The notes under the pieces were generated by a model that saw only the letters and a program-made list of their open reading frames with translations, was not told the origin of the DNA and searched no databases. Below, piece by piece: positions 17,832-27,856 of a DNA stretch of 52,111 bases. Source of the DNA: Betaproteobacteria bacterium. GTDB lineage: Bacteria > Pseudomonadota > Gammaproteobacteria > Burkholderiales > Burkholderiaceae_C. How positions within the stretch are numbered: the first letter of the stretch is position 1; every line of letters begins with the position of its first letter. Position numbers and translations under genes: made by a program. The stretch is taken from the NCBI GenBank assembly GCA_009921465.1, contig RFXS01000001.1, positions 1 to 52,111 on the forward strand, in the 5' to 3' direction.

Positions 17832-19031
17832 ATGAAGCGCATGAGCGAGCCCATGCTCATCACCTTGCTGTCATTGCTGGTGGGCACCATGCCCATCTGC
17901 ACCGATCTGTACCTGCCCGCCTTGCCCACCTTGAAGGTGGACTTGGGGGCCACCATGGCGCAAGCCCAGTTGACCTTGACGGGCATGCTGTTGGCGTTTG
18001 GCGTGTCTCAGTTGTTTTGGGGCCCTTTGTCGGACCGCTGGGGGCGTCGCCCGGTGCTGCTGACGGGCTTGTCGGCGTTCACTTTGGCGGGCGCTTTTTG
18101 TGTCATGGCGCCGTCCATTGAGCAGTTGATCTTGTGGCGCACCATCCAAGGCGCGGCCATGGGTTCGGTGGTGATGTGTGCCCGGGCCATCGTGCGCGAT
18201 GGCTTCAGCCCAGCCGAGGGTGCGCGGCTGATGTCCAAAGCTTTCACCGGTTTGGGCGTGATTTTGTGCCTGAGCGCACCCCTGGGCGGGTGGCTGGCCG
18301 CTTACACCGGCTGGCGATCGGCCTTGAGCGTGTTGGTGATCTATGGTGCGGCCACGGGTTTGCTGGTGTGGGGCCAATTTCGCGAAAGCTTGCACACGCC
18401 CGACCCCCGTGCTTTGCAATGGCGGGTGCTCAGTGGCAATTGGCTGCGCTTTTTGGCCAACCCCAGTTTTCGCGCCTACACCTTGCTCTCGATGTGCACC
18501 TATGGCTACTTGTTCACCTACCTGGCCTCGTCCTCCTTTGTGTTTATCCATGTGATGGGTTTGACCAATTTGCAATATGGTTTGATCTTGCTGTGCTCCA
18601 CCTCGTCTTACATCGTGGGGACATGGATGTGTCGGCGCTGGCTGGCGCGTTGGGGCTTGCGCAAATCGATAATCTTGGCCGGGGGCATGACCCTCAGTGG
18701 TGGCATTGCTTTGGCCATTTGTGCCCACATCCCTGGCACCGGCGTGCCTGGGTTGATCTTGCCCTTCATGCTGATCATGCTCGCACACGGCGTGCACCAA
18801 CCGATTGGCCAAACCGGTGCGGTGGGCCCATTCCCGGATGCCGCCGGTGCGGCCTCTGCCATGGGTGGATTTTTGATGATGCTGGTGGCCTTTGGCTGCG
18901 GCACTTGGTTGGGCCACAGCATGGATGGCACCGTGTTTCCCATGGCGCATGGCATTTTGTTTTGGTGTGTGGCAGTGGCCTGGGTGGCCTGGGTGCTGAT
19001 TCAAAAGGACAAAACCCTGGATGGCCACTGA
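17832..19031 (+). CDS. Bcr/CflA family multidrug efflux MFS transporter
   Basis: DLYLPALP, GPLSDRWGRRPVL, multiple transmembrane segments, GAASA. Confidence 0.9.
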   Translation: MKRMSEPMLITLLSLLVGTMPICTDLYLPALPTLKVDLGATMAQAQLTLTGMLLAFGVSQLFWGPLSDRWGRRPVLLTGLSAFTLAGAFCVMAPSIEQLILWRTIQGAAMGSVVMCARAIVRDGFSPAEGARLMSKAFTGLGVILCLSAPLGGWLAAYTGWRSALSVLVIYGAATGLLVWGQFRESLHTPDPRALQWRVLSGNWLRFLANPSFRAYTLLSMCTYGYLFTYLASSSFVFIHVMGLTNLQYGLILLCSTSSYIVGTWMCRRWLARWGLRKSIILAGGMTLSGGIALAICAHIPGTGVPGLILPFMLIMLAHGVHQPIGQTGAVGPFPDAAGAASAMGGFLMMLVAFGCGTWLGHSMDGTVFPMAHGILFWCVAVAWVAWVLIQKDKTLDGH

Positions 19032-20178
19032 CGCGCCCATAGCTGCGGCCCAAGGCCATTGGCCCTGGCCTTGGGATTGGGTGGGTTTGGCCGGACCCAC
19101 GGCCAGCGGCAAGTCGGCCATTGCCATGTCCATCGCGCACGAGATGCCCATAGAGATCATCAGCGTGGACTCGGCCTTGGTGTACCGCGGCATGGACGTG
19201 GGCAGCGCCAAACCCAGCACCCAAGAACGAGCCCGGGTCCCACACCACCTGATCGACGTGTGTGACCCGCTGCAGTCGCACAGCGCCGCCGACTTTGTGC
19301 GCGCGGCCAACGCCCTGATCCCTGCCATTCAACAGCGTGGACGCTTGCCCGTGTTGGTGGGCGGGACCATGCTTTACTTCAAAGCCTTGATCGAAGGGCT
19401 GGACCCCATGCCCGCCTCGGACGCAGTGGTTCGATCTGGCATTGAGTCTCAAGCCCTGCGCGAAGGCTGGCCGGCCATGCATGCCTTGCTGGCAGAGATC
19501 GACCCGGATGCGGCCCAACGCCTTTCCCCCCACGATGCCCAGCGCATCAGCCGCGCGCTGGAGGTGTGGCGCATCAGCGGCCGCCCTTTGTCAGCGCATT
19601 TCAGTCCCAAACTGGCGGTGCAAACACCTGGCGCATTGCGCGATGCCACTGGCCGGCGCGCCTTGCTGTTGTCACTGGAACCTGAACAACGGTCCTGGCT
19701 GCACCAGCGCATCGAGACCCGGTTTGACCACATGTTGGCCCAAGGCCTGTTGGCCGAAGTTTTGCGGTTGCGCGCCCTGCCAGGCTGGCAGGAACAAGCC
19801 CCAGCGATGAGGTGCGTGGGTTACCGGCAAGCTTGGCCTGTGCTGGCCCATTGGCACGCCCAGGGGTGGACAGACGATCAACTGTTGACTGCACTGCGCC
19901 CAATTGGCGTGGATGGCAGTTCCCAAGCAGTGCCCAAGGGGACAGGGGTGGTTTCCCATGAACCGGCCCTGATGGTCGGCCTGAGCCAATGGCGAAGCAC
20001 CTCGCTGGCGGCCACTCGGCAGTTGGCCAAGCGTCAATTGACTTGGCTCAGGGGCATGACCGAACGACAGGCGGTGCCCTGCGATGCCCCCGATGCGCTC
20101 GAGCGTGTGCTTGGTGTGGTGCGATCGGGCCAACCGACGCTGGGGACTTTCCTGCCGGTCAGTGCACCGGGCCTTTGA
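19021..20178 (+). CDS. miaA: tRNA (adenosine(37)-N6)-dimethylallyltransferase
   Basis: GPTASGKS, ISVDSALVYRGMDVGSAKP, VGGTMLY, ATRQLAKRQLTW. Confidence 0.95.
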   Translation: MATDAPIAAAQGHWPWPWDWVGLAGPTASGKSAIAMSIAHEMPIEIISVDSALVYRGMDVGSAKPSTQERARVPHHLIDVCDPLQSHSAADFVRAANALIPAIQQRGRLPVLVGGTMLYFKALIEGLDPMPASDAVVRSGIESQALREGWPAMHALLAEIDPDAAQRLSPHDAQRISRALEVWRISGRPLSAHFSPKLAVQTPGALRDATGRRALLLSLEPEQRSWLHQRIETRFDHMLAQGLLAEVLRLRALPGWQEQAPAMRCVGYRQAWPVLAHWHAQGWTDDQLLTALRPIGVDGSSQAVPKGTGVVSHEPALMVGLSQWRSTSLAATRQLAKRQLTWLRGMTERQAVPCDAPDALERVLGVVRSGQPTLGTFLPVSAPGL

Positions 20179-20641
20179 GGGCGGCGGGCATGGGCAGGCT
20201 GACCACGGCAATGCCCTCATCTATCAGGGACTCCGACTCCGCAGGTGTGACTTGGCCTCGGATATTGCGCTCTGGCTTTTCACCGTAATGGATCTTGCGC
20301 GCTTCCTCAGCAAAACCTGCACCCACGTCCTCGGTGTTTTGCAAGACGTGCTGCACCACCTTCATCCAAGCTTGGTTTAACTGTGCCATGGTGGCCACGC
20401 CTGCATCCTGAGGTGGAGGGGGTGTCTCGGCGCTGGCGCTGTCAGAAACGGTGGGCAATGGTTCGCGCATTGAAGTGCTCAGGTTCAGGCGCGGTGCACT
20501 CAGCAATTTGGTGACCTCGCGGTCCCCACACAGCGGGCACTGCACCAAACCGCGCGCGAGTTGCGCTTGAAAGTCGCCCTCAGAACCAAACCATCCCTCA
20601 AAGGCATGGCCGTGTTGACACTGGAGATCGAGAACCTTCAT
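20159..20641 (-). CDS. DUF1178 family protein
   Basis: MKVLDLQCQHGHAFEGWF, CPLCG, FAEEARKIHYGE...RNIRG. Confidence 0.85.
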   Translation of the reverse strand: MKVLDLQCQHGHAFEGWFGSEGDFQAQLARGLVQCPLCGDREVTKLLSAPRLNLSTSMREPLPTVSDSASAETPPPPQDAGVATMAQLNQAWMKVVQHVLQNTEDVGAGFAEEARKIHYGEKPERNIRGQVTPAESESLIDEGIAVVSLPMPAALKGPVH

Positions 20642-20672
20642 GGGACGCAATTATCCAGCATGAGGCGCCCCG

Positions 20673-21260
20673 TCATGGAGCGGTATGTTGATCCGCTTGC
20701 CATTGCAAGGGCCATTGTCCGTTGAGGTGGTTTTGCAGCCACAACGCACCAGCCAGGGTTTTGCTGTCGGTGATCAGTCCTTGTTGACAAGCCGCGAAGA
20801 AGTCTTGCGTGTCCATGGCCAGGACATCCAAGTGCTCACCCACGTCAAGCGCGCGCGGCCCTGCGGTTAAACCACGGGCAAACCAAATGTCAATGAACTC
20901 GGTGGAGTAACTGATCACCGGGTGCATCACACCCGCATGGGCCCAGTGCGTGGCCGTGTACCCCGTCTCCTCACGCAGTTCGCGGCGGGCGCAATCCAAC
21001 ACCAACTCTGCGGCATCGAGTTTGCCTGCTGGGAACTCCAGCATGACCTGCTGCATGGGATAACGGTATTGGCGCTCCATCAACAACCGACCGTCGTCGA
21101 GCAGGGGAATGATCATCACCGCGCCTGGATGGGTCACAAATTCACGTGTGGCGGTGCCGCCAGAGGGCAAACGAACGGTGTCCCTGAAAGCATGCAGAAA
21201 GTGCCCTTTGAACAACTCCTGGCTGTCGATGCGGTGTTCGATCAGGTGCTCATCTGACAC
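20673..21260 (-). CDS. NUDIX hydrolase (ADP-ribose pyrophosphatase-like)
   Basis: HPGAV, RQYRYP, EFPAGKLD...ARRELREETG Nudix box. Confidence 0.9.
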   Translation of the reverse strand: MSDEHLIEHRIDSQELFKGHFLHAFRDTVRLPSGGTATREFVTHPGAVMIIPLLDDGRLLMERQYRYPMQQVMLEFPAGKLDAAELVLDCARRELREETGYTATHWAHAGVMHPVISYSTEFIDIWFARGLTAGPRALDVGEHLDVLAMDTQDFFAACQQGLITDSKTLAGALWLQNHLNGQWPLQWQADQHTAP

Positions 21261-21316
21261 GGCTTAGCTCCAGCGTGAACAGTCAAAGAAGCCGTCCAGG
21301 GGCCGCGCGCAGCGGC

Positions 21317-22804
21317 TCAACTGCCCAGGGTGCGCACTATGGCTTGCGCGCACAAGGCCATCAACCCACCCGGCATCAAGCCCAGCAGCAGCACCAATGC
21401 CCCGTTGATGGACAAAACCACGCGCACATCCAAAGGCGCAGAAACGGTGGAGGCCGTCAATGGCGGGTCAAAGTACATGACCTTGATTACGCGCAAGTAA
21501 TAAAAAGACCCGATCAGGGACATCAAAACCGCAAACACCGCCAGCCACAAAGCCCAGCTGCTGCCAGTTGAGACCAAGGCTTGCAACACCGACAATTTGG
21601 CATAAAAGCCCACCAAGGGTGGTACCCCCGCCAATGAGAACAAACAAATCGCCATCACCGCTGCATACAAGGGGCTGCGTTGATTCAAACCGGCGAGATC
21701 GGAGACCTCTTCGCTTTCAAACCCATCGCGCGCCAACAGCAAGATGACCCCGAAGGTTGCCAGCGTGGTCAGCACATAGGTGACCACGTAAAACATGGAG
21801 GAGCTGTAAGCATTGGCCGCGCTGCTGGTTCCGCCATTGACCACCCCACTGATCAACCCCAACAACATGAAACCCATTTGAGAAATGGTGGAAAACGCCA
21901 GCATGCGCTTGAGGTTTGTTTGGGCAATGGCGGCCAAATTGCCCACCAACAAAGAGGCCATGGCCAACAAGGCCAGCATTTGCTGCCAATCAATGGCCAG
22001 CGGCAGCAAACCCTCGACCAGCAAGCGCATGGTGATGGCAAAAGCCGCCAATTTGGGGGCACCAGCGATCATCAAGGTCACCGCGGTGGGCGCGCCTTGG
22101 TAGACGTCAGGCACCCACATGTGAAAGGGCACCACCCCAAGTTTGAAAGCCAAGCCGCACACCACAAACACCAATCCAAGCACCATGACTTGGTGCTTGA
22201 TTTGCCCCGAAGCCACCGCTTTGAACACCGCGCCCACGTCCAAGCTGCCGGTGGCACCATACAACATGGACAAACCATAAAGCAAAAAACCGCTGGCCAA
22301 TGCGCCCAACACAAAGTACTTCATGGCCGCTTCTGTGGCGTTGGCGTTGTCACGGCGCAATGCCACCAAGGCGTAACTGCACAAGGTGAGCAGCTCCAAG
22401 CCCAAGTACAACACCAAAAAGTGATTGCCGGAAATCATGACAAACATGCCCAGCAAAGAAAACAAACCCAGGGTAAAGATCTCACCGCCACCCAGCATGC
22501 CCCGGTCGGCCGCATAAGGTCGCCCGTACACCAAGGTGACCGCCACCGATAAGGCGGCAAAACATTTCAACCAGTTGCCCATGCTGTCGCTGACCACCAT
22601 GTTGCCAAAGGCATACCAGGTTTTGCCATCCATCGCCTGCGCTGCAGCCAAACCCGATACCACCAACAAGGTTCCCAATGACAAGGCATAGGTCAAGTTG
22701 CGACGAGGACTGCGCACCGCCAAATCCACCATGGCAATCACACAAGTCATGACGAGCAACACTATTTCAGGCCAAACGCTGGACCATGCCATGTTTTCAA
22801 TCAT
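21317..22804 (-). CDS. nuoN: NADH-quinone oxidoreductase subunit N
   Basis: EAAMKYFVLG, PFHMWVPDVYQGAP, LKRMLAFS. Confidence 0.96.
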   Translation of the reverse strand: MIENMAWSSVWPEIVLLVMTCVIAMVDLAVRSPRRNLTYALSLGTLLVVSGLAAAQAMDGKTWYAFGNMVVSDSMGNWLKCFAALSVAVTLVYGRPYAADRGMLGGGEIFTLGLFSLLGMFVMISGNHFLVLYLGLELLTLCSYALVALRRDNANATEAAMKYFVLGALASGFLLYGLSMLYGATGSLDVGAVFKAVASGQIKHQVMVLGLVFVVCGLAFKLGVVPFHMWVPDVYQGAPTAVTLMIAGAPKLAAFAITMRLLVEGLLPLAIDWQQMLALLAMASLLVGNLAAIAQTNLKRMLAFSTISQMGFMLLGLISGVVNGGTSSAANAYSSSMFYVVTYVLTTLATFGVILLLARDGFESEEVSDLAGLNQRSPLYAAVMAICLFSLAGVPPLVGFYAKLSVLQALVSTGSSWALWLAVFAVLMSLIGSFYYLRVIKVMYFDPPLTASTVSAPLDVRVVLSINGALVLLLGLMPGGLMALCAQAIVRTLGS

Positions 22805-22825
22805 TTCGCTGTTTCCGTTGTTTCA

Positions 22826-24301
22826 TCATGGCAACTTGGTTTGTGCCACATGTTGCAAGAGCTGGACCACAGACGCATCCATCACCTCGGTGAAGGGCCT
22901 GGGGTACAGGCCCATGGCCAACACCGCCACCGCCAAGGTGGCCAACACCAGGTACTCACGGGCACCGATGTCTTGCAAATCGCGCACCTCGTCATTGGCC
23001 ACAGGCCCCAGGTAAACGCGCTTGACCATCCACAGGGTATAGGCCGCGCCAAAAATCAAGGCCGTGGCCGCCGCCAAACCCACCCAAAAATTGAATTTGA
23101 TGGCGGCCAAAATCACCATCCACTCGCCCACAAAGCCTGCCGTCCCAGGCAAGCCGCAGTTGGCCATGGCAAAAAACAGGGCAAAAGCGGCAAAACGCGG
23201 CATGGTGCTGACCACACCGCCGTAACTGGCAATCATGCGCGAATGCATGCGGTCATACAAAACACCAATGCACAAGAACATGGCCGCTGACACAAATCCG
23301 TGGGCAATCATTTGCACCAAGGCGCCACTCACGCCCATGGGTGTGAAGATGAAAAACCCCAGGCTGACAAAACCCATGTGGGCCACCGATGAATAGGCGA
23401 CGAGTTTTTTCATGTCCTCTTGAACCAATGCCACCAAGCCGACATAGATGACCGCAATCAATGACAAGGCAATGATCAACCAAGCCCACTCACGCGATGC
23501 ATCGGGAACGATGGGCAATGAAAACCGCAAAAACCCGTAGGCCCCCAACTTAAGCATGATCGCGGCCAGCACGGCAGACCCCCCTGTGGGGGCCTCCACG
23601 TGGACATCGGGCAACCAGGTGTGCACTGGCCACATCGGCACCTTGACAGCAAAGGCGGCAAAAAAAGCAAAGAACAACAGCGTTTGGGCCTGGCTGTCCA
23701 GCGGCAACTGGTACCAGGTGGCCAGATCAAAACTGCCACCCGACTGGGTATACAGGTAGATCAATGCCACCAGCATGAGCAAAGAGCCCAGCAAGGTATA
23801 GAGAAAAAACTTAAACGCCGCGTAAATTTTGTTGGGGCCACCCCAGATGCCAATGATCAGATACATCGGTATCAAAGTGGCTTCAAAGAACACATAAAAA
23901 AGCATCGCGTCTTGCGCGGCAAACACACCCACCATCAAGCCGCTGAGGATCAGAAACGCCCCCATGTATTGATTGACCCGCTCGGTGATCACTTCCCAAC
24001 CCGCCAACACCACCACCGGGGTAATAAATGCGGTGAGCAGCACAAGCCACAAGGAGATGCCGTCCACCCCCAAGTGGTAGTGCACTTGAAAGCGCTCTAT
24101 CCACAGCGCCTTTTCTACCCATTGCAGGTCGGCAGTTCCAAGTTGGAAGCCACTGTACAGCGGCAGGGTGATCAAGAAGCTGACCAGTGCGCCCAACAAT
24201 GCCAGCCAGCGCACAGATTTGGCATGCTCATCACGGCCCAGGGCCAGCAACAAGCACCCAATAAATATTGGCATCCAAATGGACAGGCTCAGCAAACCCA
24301 T
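22826..24301 (-). CDS. nuoM: NADH-quinone oxidoreductase subunit M
   Basis: LGVDGIS, VKVPMWPVHTWLPDVHVEAP, KKLVAYSSVAHMG. Confidence 0.96.
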   Translation of the reverse strand: MGLLSLSIWMPIFIGCLLLALGRDEHAKSVRWLALLGALVSFLITLPLYSGFQLGTADLQWVEKALWIERFQVHYHLGVDGISLWLVLLTAFITPVVVLAGWEVITERVNQYMGAFLILSGLMVGVFAAQDAMLFYVFFEATLIPMYLIIGIWGGPNKIYAAFKFFLYTLLGSLLMLVALIYLYTQSGGSFDLATWYQLPLDSQAQTLLFFAFFAAFAVKVPMWPVHTWLPDVHVEAPTGGSAVLAAIMLKLGAYGFLRFSLPIVPDASREWAWLIIALSLIAVIYVGLVALVQEDMKKLVAYSSVAHMGFVSLGFFIFTPMGVSGALVQMIAHGFVSAAMFLCIGVLYDRMHSRMIASYGGVVSTMPRFAAFALFFAMANCGLPGTAGFVGEWMVILAAIKFNFWVGLAAATALIFGAAYTLWMVKRVYLGPVANDEVRDLQDIGAREYLVLATLAVAVLAMGLYPRPFTEVMDASVVQLLQHVAQTKLP

Positions 24302-24335
24302 GTGATTTCTCTTTTCTTCATCTTGGGGCACAGGC

Positions 24336-26354
24336 TCATGGTTGCAACCACACAAACCATGTCATCAACAAGAACACACCCATGATCATGGCCAAGGCAT
24401 AGTGGTAGAGGTAGCCGGTTTGGCCTTTGCGCACCAGACCAGACAACCGACTCACCCAGCGCCAAGCACCATTGACCAAGGCGCCGTCGATCAAGACCTG
24501 ATCGCCCCAACGCCACAAACCAGCGCCAATACTGCGGGCACCGCGGGCCAGCACATGCTCATTGAAGGCGTCCAGGTAATACTTGTGGTCAAGCAAGGTG
24601 TGCAAGGGTTGCACCATTTTTTGAATGGCCGCAGGCCAACCGGTTTTGACCATGTACAACACATAAGCCAAGACCACACCCGACAAAGCCAGCCAAAACG
24701 GGGCCGTGCCAAAAGCATGGCTGGCCATCGCCAAGGGACCATGAAAAGCCTGCGCCAATTCGTGCATGGCATGGTGCTGGTCCGTGTTGACCATGATGGC
24801 ATCGGTCAAAAATGGGCCAAACAACAGGGGCTCAATGGTGAAGTATCCAATCAGCACCGAGGGAATGGCCAACAAAACCAAGGGCAGCGTGACCACCCAG
24901 GGGGACTCATGGGGTGCGTGGTCTGCATGCCCGTGTGCGTGGTCATGGTGCTTATGCGCATCTGGATTTTGCGCGTAGCGCTCGGGGCCATGGAAGACCA
25001 AAAAGTACATGCGGAAGGAATAAAACGCAGTGACAAACACACCTGCAAGAACTGCAAAATGCGCAAAGCCAGCGCCTGGCAAATGGCTTTCGGCCACAGC
25101 TTCAATGATGCTGTCTTTAGAGTAAAAGCCAGAAAACAAAGGGGTTCCGATCAGGGCCAAGGAACCCAACAAAGAGGTGATCCAGGTGATCGGCATGTAT
25201 TTGCGCACCCCGCCCATCCAGCGGATGTCTTGGTTGTGATGCAAACCCATGATCACCGAGCCTGCGGCCAAAAACAACAAAGCCTTGAAGAAGGCATGGG
25301 TCATCAAATGAAACACCGCAACGGAGTAAGCCGAGGCACCCAGCGCCACCGTCATATACCCCAACTGAGACAAAGTGGAATACGCCACCACACGCTTGAT
25401 GTCGTTTTGGATGATGCCCAAAAAGCCCATGAACAATGCGGTGATGGCCCCAATGACCAGCACCACACTCAAAGCCGTTTCTGACAGCTCAAAAAAGGGT
25501 GACATGCGTGCCACCATGAAGATGCCTGCAGTGACCATGGTCGCCGCATGAATCAAGGCGGAAATGGGTGTCGGGCCTTCCATGGAGTCGGGCAACCAAA
25601 CATGCAAGGGAAACTGAGCAGATTTGCCCATGGCACCGATGAACAACCCGATGCAAATCACGGTCACCAGCAAACACGAAGTGCCAGGAAAGGTCAGCGC
25701 GGCCAATTCAGGGGCCTTGGCAAAAGCCTCGACATAGTTCAGGGTGCCTGTGTAGGCTGCCAACAAGCCAATGCCCATGATGAAGCCAAAGTCACCCACC
25801 CGGTTGACCAAAAAAGCTTTCATGTTGGCAAATACAGCCGATGGCTTGTTGAACCAAAAGCCAATCAACAAGTAGGACACCAAGCCCACGGCCTCCCAGC
25901 CGAAAAACAATTGCAACATATTGTTGCTCATGACCAGCATCAACATGGAAAAAGTAAAGAGTGAAATGTAGGCAAAAAAGCGGTTATAGCCCTCGTCCTC
26001 TTGCATGTAGCCAATGGTGTAGATGTGCACCATCAATGACACGAAGGTCACCACACACATCATCATGGCAGTCAGGCCATCGATCAAGAACCCAACCTCC
26101 ATCTTGAAGCCGTCGACCACCATCCATGTGTAAATGGTTTCGTTGAAACGAGCACCTTCAACGGCCACGCTGTATAAAGTCATGGCTGAGATGAGCAAAG
26201 AGATGAACACGCCCAAGATCGTCACGCTGTGGCTCATGCCGCGGCCCATGCGATGCCCCCCCAGGGCCGTGCCCAAGATACCGGCCAGGGCCGATCCCAG
26301 CAGCGGTGCCAGTGGGACCATCAAGAGTTGGGTGGCGTTCAAAGTTGAGTTCAT
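24336..26354 (-). CDS. nuoL: NADH-quinone oxidoreductase subunit L
   Basis: GKSAQFPLHVWLPDSMEGPTPISALIHAATMV, HAFFKALLFL. Confidence 0.97.
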   Translation of the reverse strand: MNSTLNATQLLMVPLAPLLGSALAGILGTALGGHRMGRGMSHSVTILGVFISLLISAMTLYSVAVEGARFNETIYTWMVVDGFKMEVGFLIDGLTAMMMCVVTFVSLMVHIYTIGYMQEDEGYNRFFAYISLFTFSMLMLVMSNNMLQLFFGWEAVGLVSYLLIGFWFNKPSAVFANMKAFLVNRVGDFGFIMGIGLLAAYTGTLNYVEAFAKAPELAALTFPGTSCLLVTVICIGLFIGAMGKSAQFPLHVWLPDSMEGPTPISALIHAATMVTAGIFMVARMSPFFELSETALSVVLVIGAITALFMGFLGIIQNDIKRVVAYSTLSQLGYMTVALGASAYSVAVFHLMTHAFFKALLFLAAGSVIMGLHHNQDIRWMGGVRKYMPITWITSLLGSLALIGTPLFSGFYSKDSIIEAVAESHLPGAGFAHFAVLAGVFVTAFYSFRMYFLVFHGPERYAQNPDAHKHHDHAHGHADHAPHESPWVVTLPLVLLAIPSVLIGYFTIEPLLFGPFLTDAIMVNTDQHHAMHELAQAFHGPLAMASHAFGTAPFWLALSGVVLAYVLYMVKTGWPAAIQKMVQPLHTLLDHKYYLDAFNEHVLARGARSIGAGLWRWGDQVLIDGALVNGAWRWVSRLSGLVRKGQTGYLYHYALAMIMGVFLLMTWFVWLQP

Positions 26355-26375
26355 GTTTCTGCGTGGGGTGCTGGT

Positions 26376-26684
26376 TCAGCCCTTGAGGCTGTCAAGCTCT
26401 TCCACATGGATACTGGTTTTATTTCGGAACAGCAACACCAAAATGGCCAAGCCAATGGCTGATTCTGCGGCCGCCACCGTGAGGATGAAAAAGACAAACA
26501 CTTGGCCTTGCAGGTCACCCAAAAAGTAAGAAAAGGCCACAAAGTTGAGGTTGACCGCCAACAGCATGAGCTCAATGGCCATCAGCAAAACAATGAGGTT
26601 TTTTCGGTTCAAAAAGATACCCGTGACCGACAGGGCAAACAAAACCGCACCCACGGTCAACATGTGGCCCAAGGTCAAGTTCAT
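26376..26684 (-). CDS. nuoK: NADH-quinone oxidoreductase subunit K
   Basis: [28 protein letters not shown]. Confidence 0.96.
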   Translation of the reverse strand: MNLTLGHMLTVGAVLFALSVTGIFLNRKNLIVLLMAIELMLLAVNLNFVAFSYFLGDLQGQVFVFFILTVAAAESAIGLAILVLLFRNKTSIHVEELDSLKG

Positions 26685-27322
26685 GCTTGCTCCTGCGTTT
26701 TGGCTGGGGTGGGGCGAACCGGGTCCATCTTCACCATCTCCAAGCGATCAGCTGCTTTGACGCGCACTTGCTCGCTTGGATTTTGGTACTTGCTGTCTTT
26801 GCGTGTGCGCAAGGTCAGGGCAATGGCCGCAATGATGGCCACCAGCAAAATGACCGCGGCCACCTCCAATGGGTACAGGTACTGGGTGTAAATCAAGATG
26901 CCCAGCTCTTTGGTGTTGGACGCTTGGGCCAATGGGTCTGCAGCAGAGTTGGCAAACGCCGCGACGGGCTGGGTCGCTCGAAACCCGCCCATCAGCACCG
27001 CAGCCAACTCAAGGGCGATCAAGGCACCCATGGTGGCTGCGACGGGAAAGTGACGCCAAAAACCACGGCGCAGACTCTCCACGTTGACATCGAGCATCAT
27101 GACCACGAATAAAAACAAGACCATCACCGCGCCAACATAAACCAGCACCAATGTGATGGACAAAAACTCGGCTTTGAGCAACATCCACAGACCAGAGGCT
27201 TGGAAAAATGCCAGCACCAAGTACAAGGCGGCATGCACCGTGTTGCTCGCGGTGATGACCCGAAATGCCGCAAACAGCATCACGGTCGAAAACAGATAAA
27301 AAAGTGCGGAGGTGATGTCCAT
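26681..27322 (-). CDS. nuoJ: NADH-quinone oxidoreductase subunit J
   Basis: [25 protein letters not shown]; operon position. Confidence 0.95.
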   Translation of the reverse strand: MDITSALFYLFSTVMLFAAFRVITASNTVHAALYLVLAFFQASGLWMLLKAEFLSITLVLVYVGAVMVLFLFVVMMLDVNVESLRRGFWRHFPVAATMGALIALELAAVLMGGFRATQPVAAFANSAADPLAQASNTKELGILIYTQYLYPLEVAAVILLVAIIAAIALTLRTRKDSKYQNPSEQVRVKAADRLEMVKMDPVRPTPAKTQEQA

Positions 27323-27327
27323 GGCGA

Positions 27328-27840
27328 TCAACGGTATTTGGCGTCAGCCGCTTTGTTGGCAGCAATTTCGCGCTCGTAACGATCCCCAACAGCGAGCAAC
27401 ATGTCTTTGGTGAAGTACAAGTCACCACGCTTTTCGCCGTGGTATTCAAAAATGTGCGTCTCAACGATCGAGTCCACCGGGCAGCTTTCTTCACAAAAGC
27501 CGCAAAAAATGCATTTGGTCAAATCGATGTCGTAGCGCGTGGTGCGGCGCGATCCATCATCGCGCACATCCGACTCGATGGTGATGGCCATGGCCGGGCA
27601 CACTGCTTCGCACAATTTACAGGCAATGCAACGCTCCTCGCCGTTGTCATATCTGCGCAATGCGTGCAAGCCGCGAAAACGCGGGCTGGCAGGGGTTTTT
27701 TCTTCTGGGAATTGAACCGTGATTTTGCGCGCAAACATGTATTTGCCGGTCAGGGCCATGCCTTTGAACAACTCAAGCAACATGAAGCTGCTGAGAAAGT
27801 CGCGCCAAGAAAACGGGGTACGGGTTGCCAAGCTGGTCAT
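27328..27840 (-). CDS. nuoI: NADH-quinone oxidoreductase subunit I
   Basis: [12 protein letters not shown] and [12 protein letters not shown] 4Fe-4S motifs; GGAG SD before the ATG at 27840. Confidence 0.96.
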   Translation of the reverse strand: MTSLATRTPFSWRDFLSSFMLLELFKGMALTGKYMFARKITVQFPEEKTPASPRFRGLHALRRYDNGEERCIACKLCEAVCPAMAITIESDVRDDGSRRTTRYDIDLTKCIFCGFCEESCPVDSIVETHIFEYHGEKRGDLYFTKDMLLAVGDRYEREIAANKAADAKYR

Positions 27841-27856
27841 TGTGGGTTTCTCCGCA

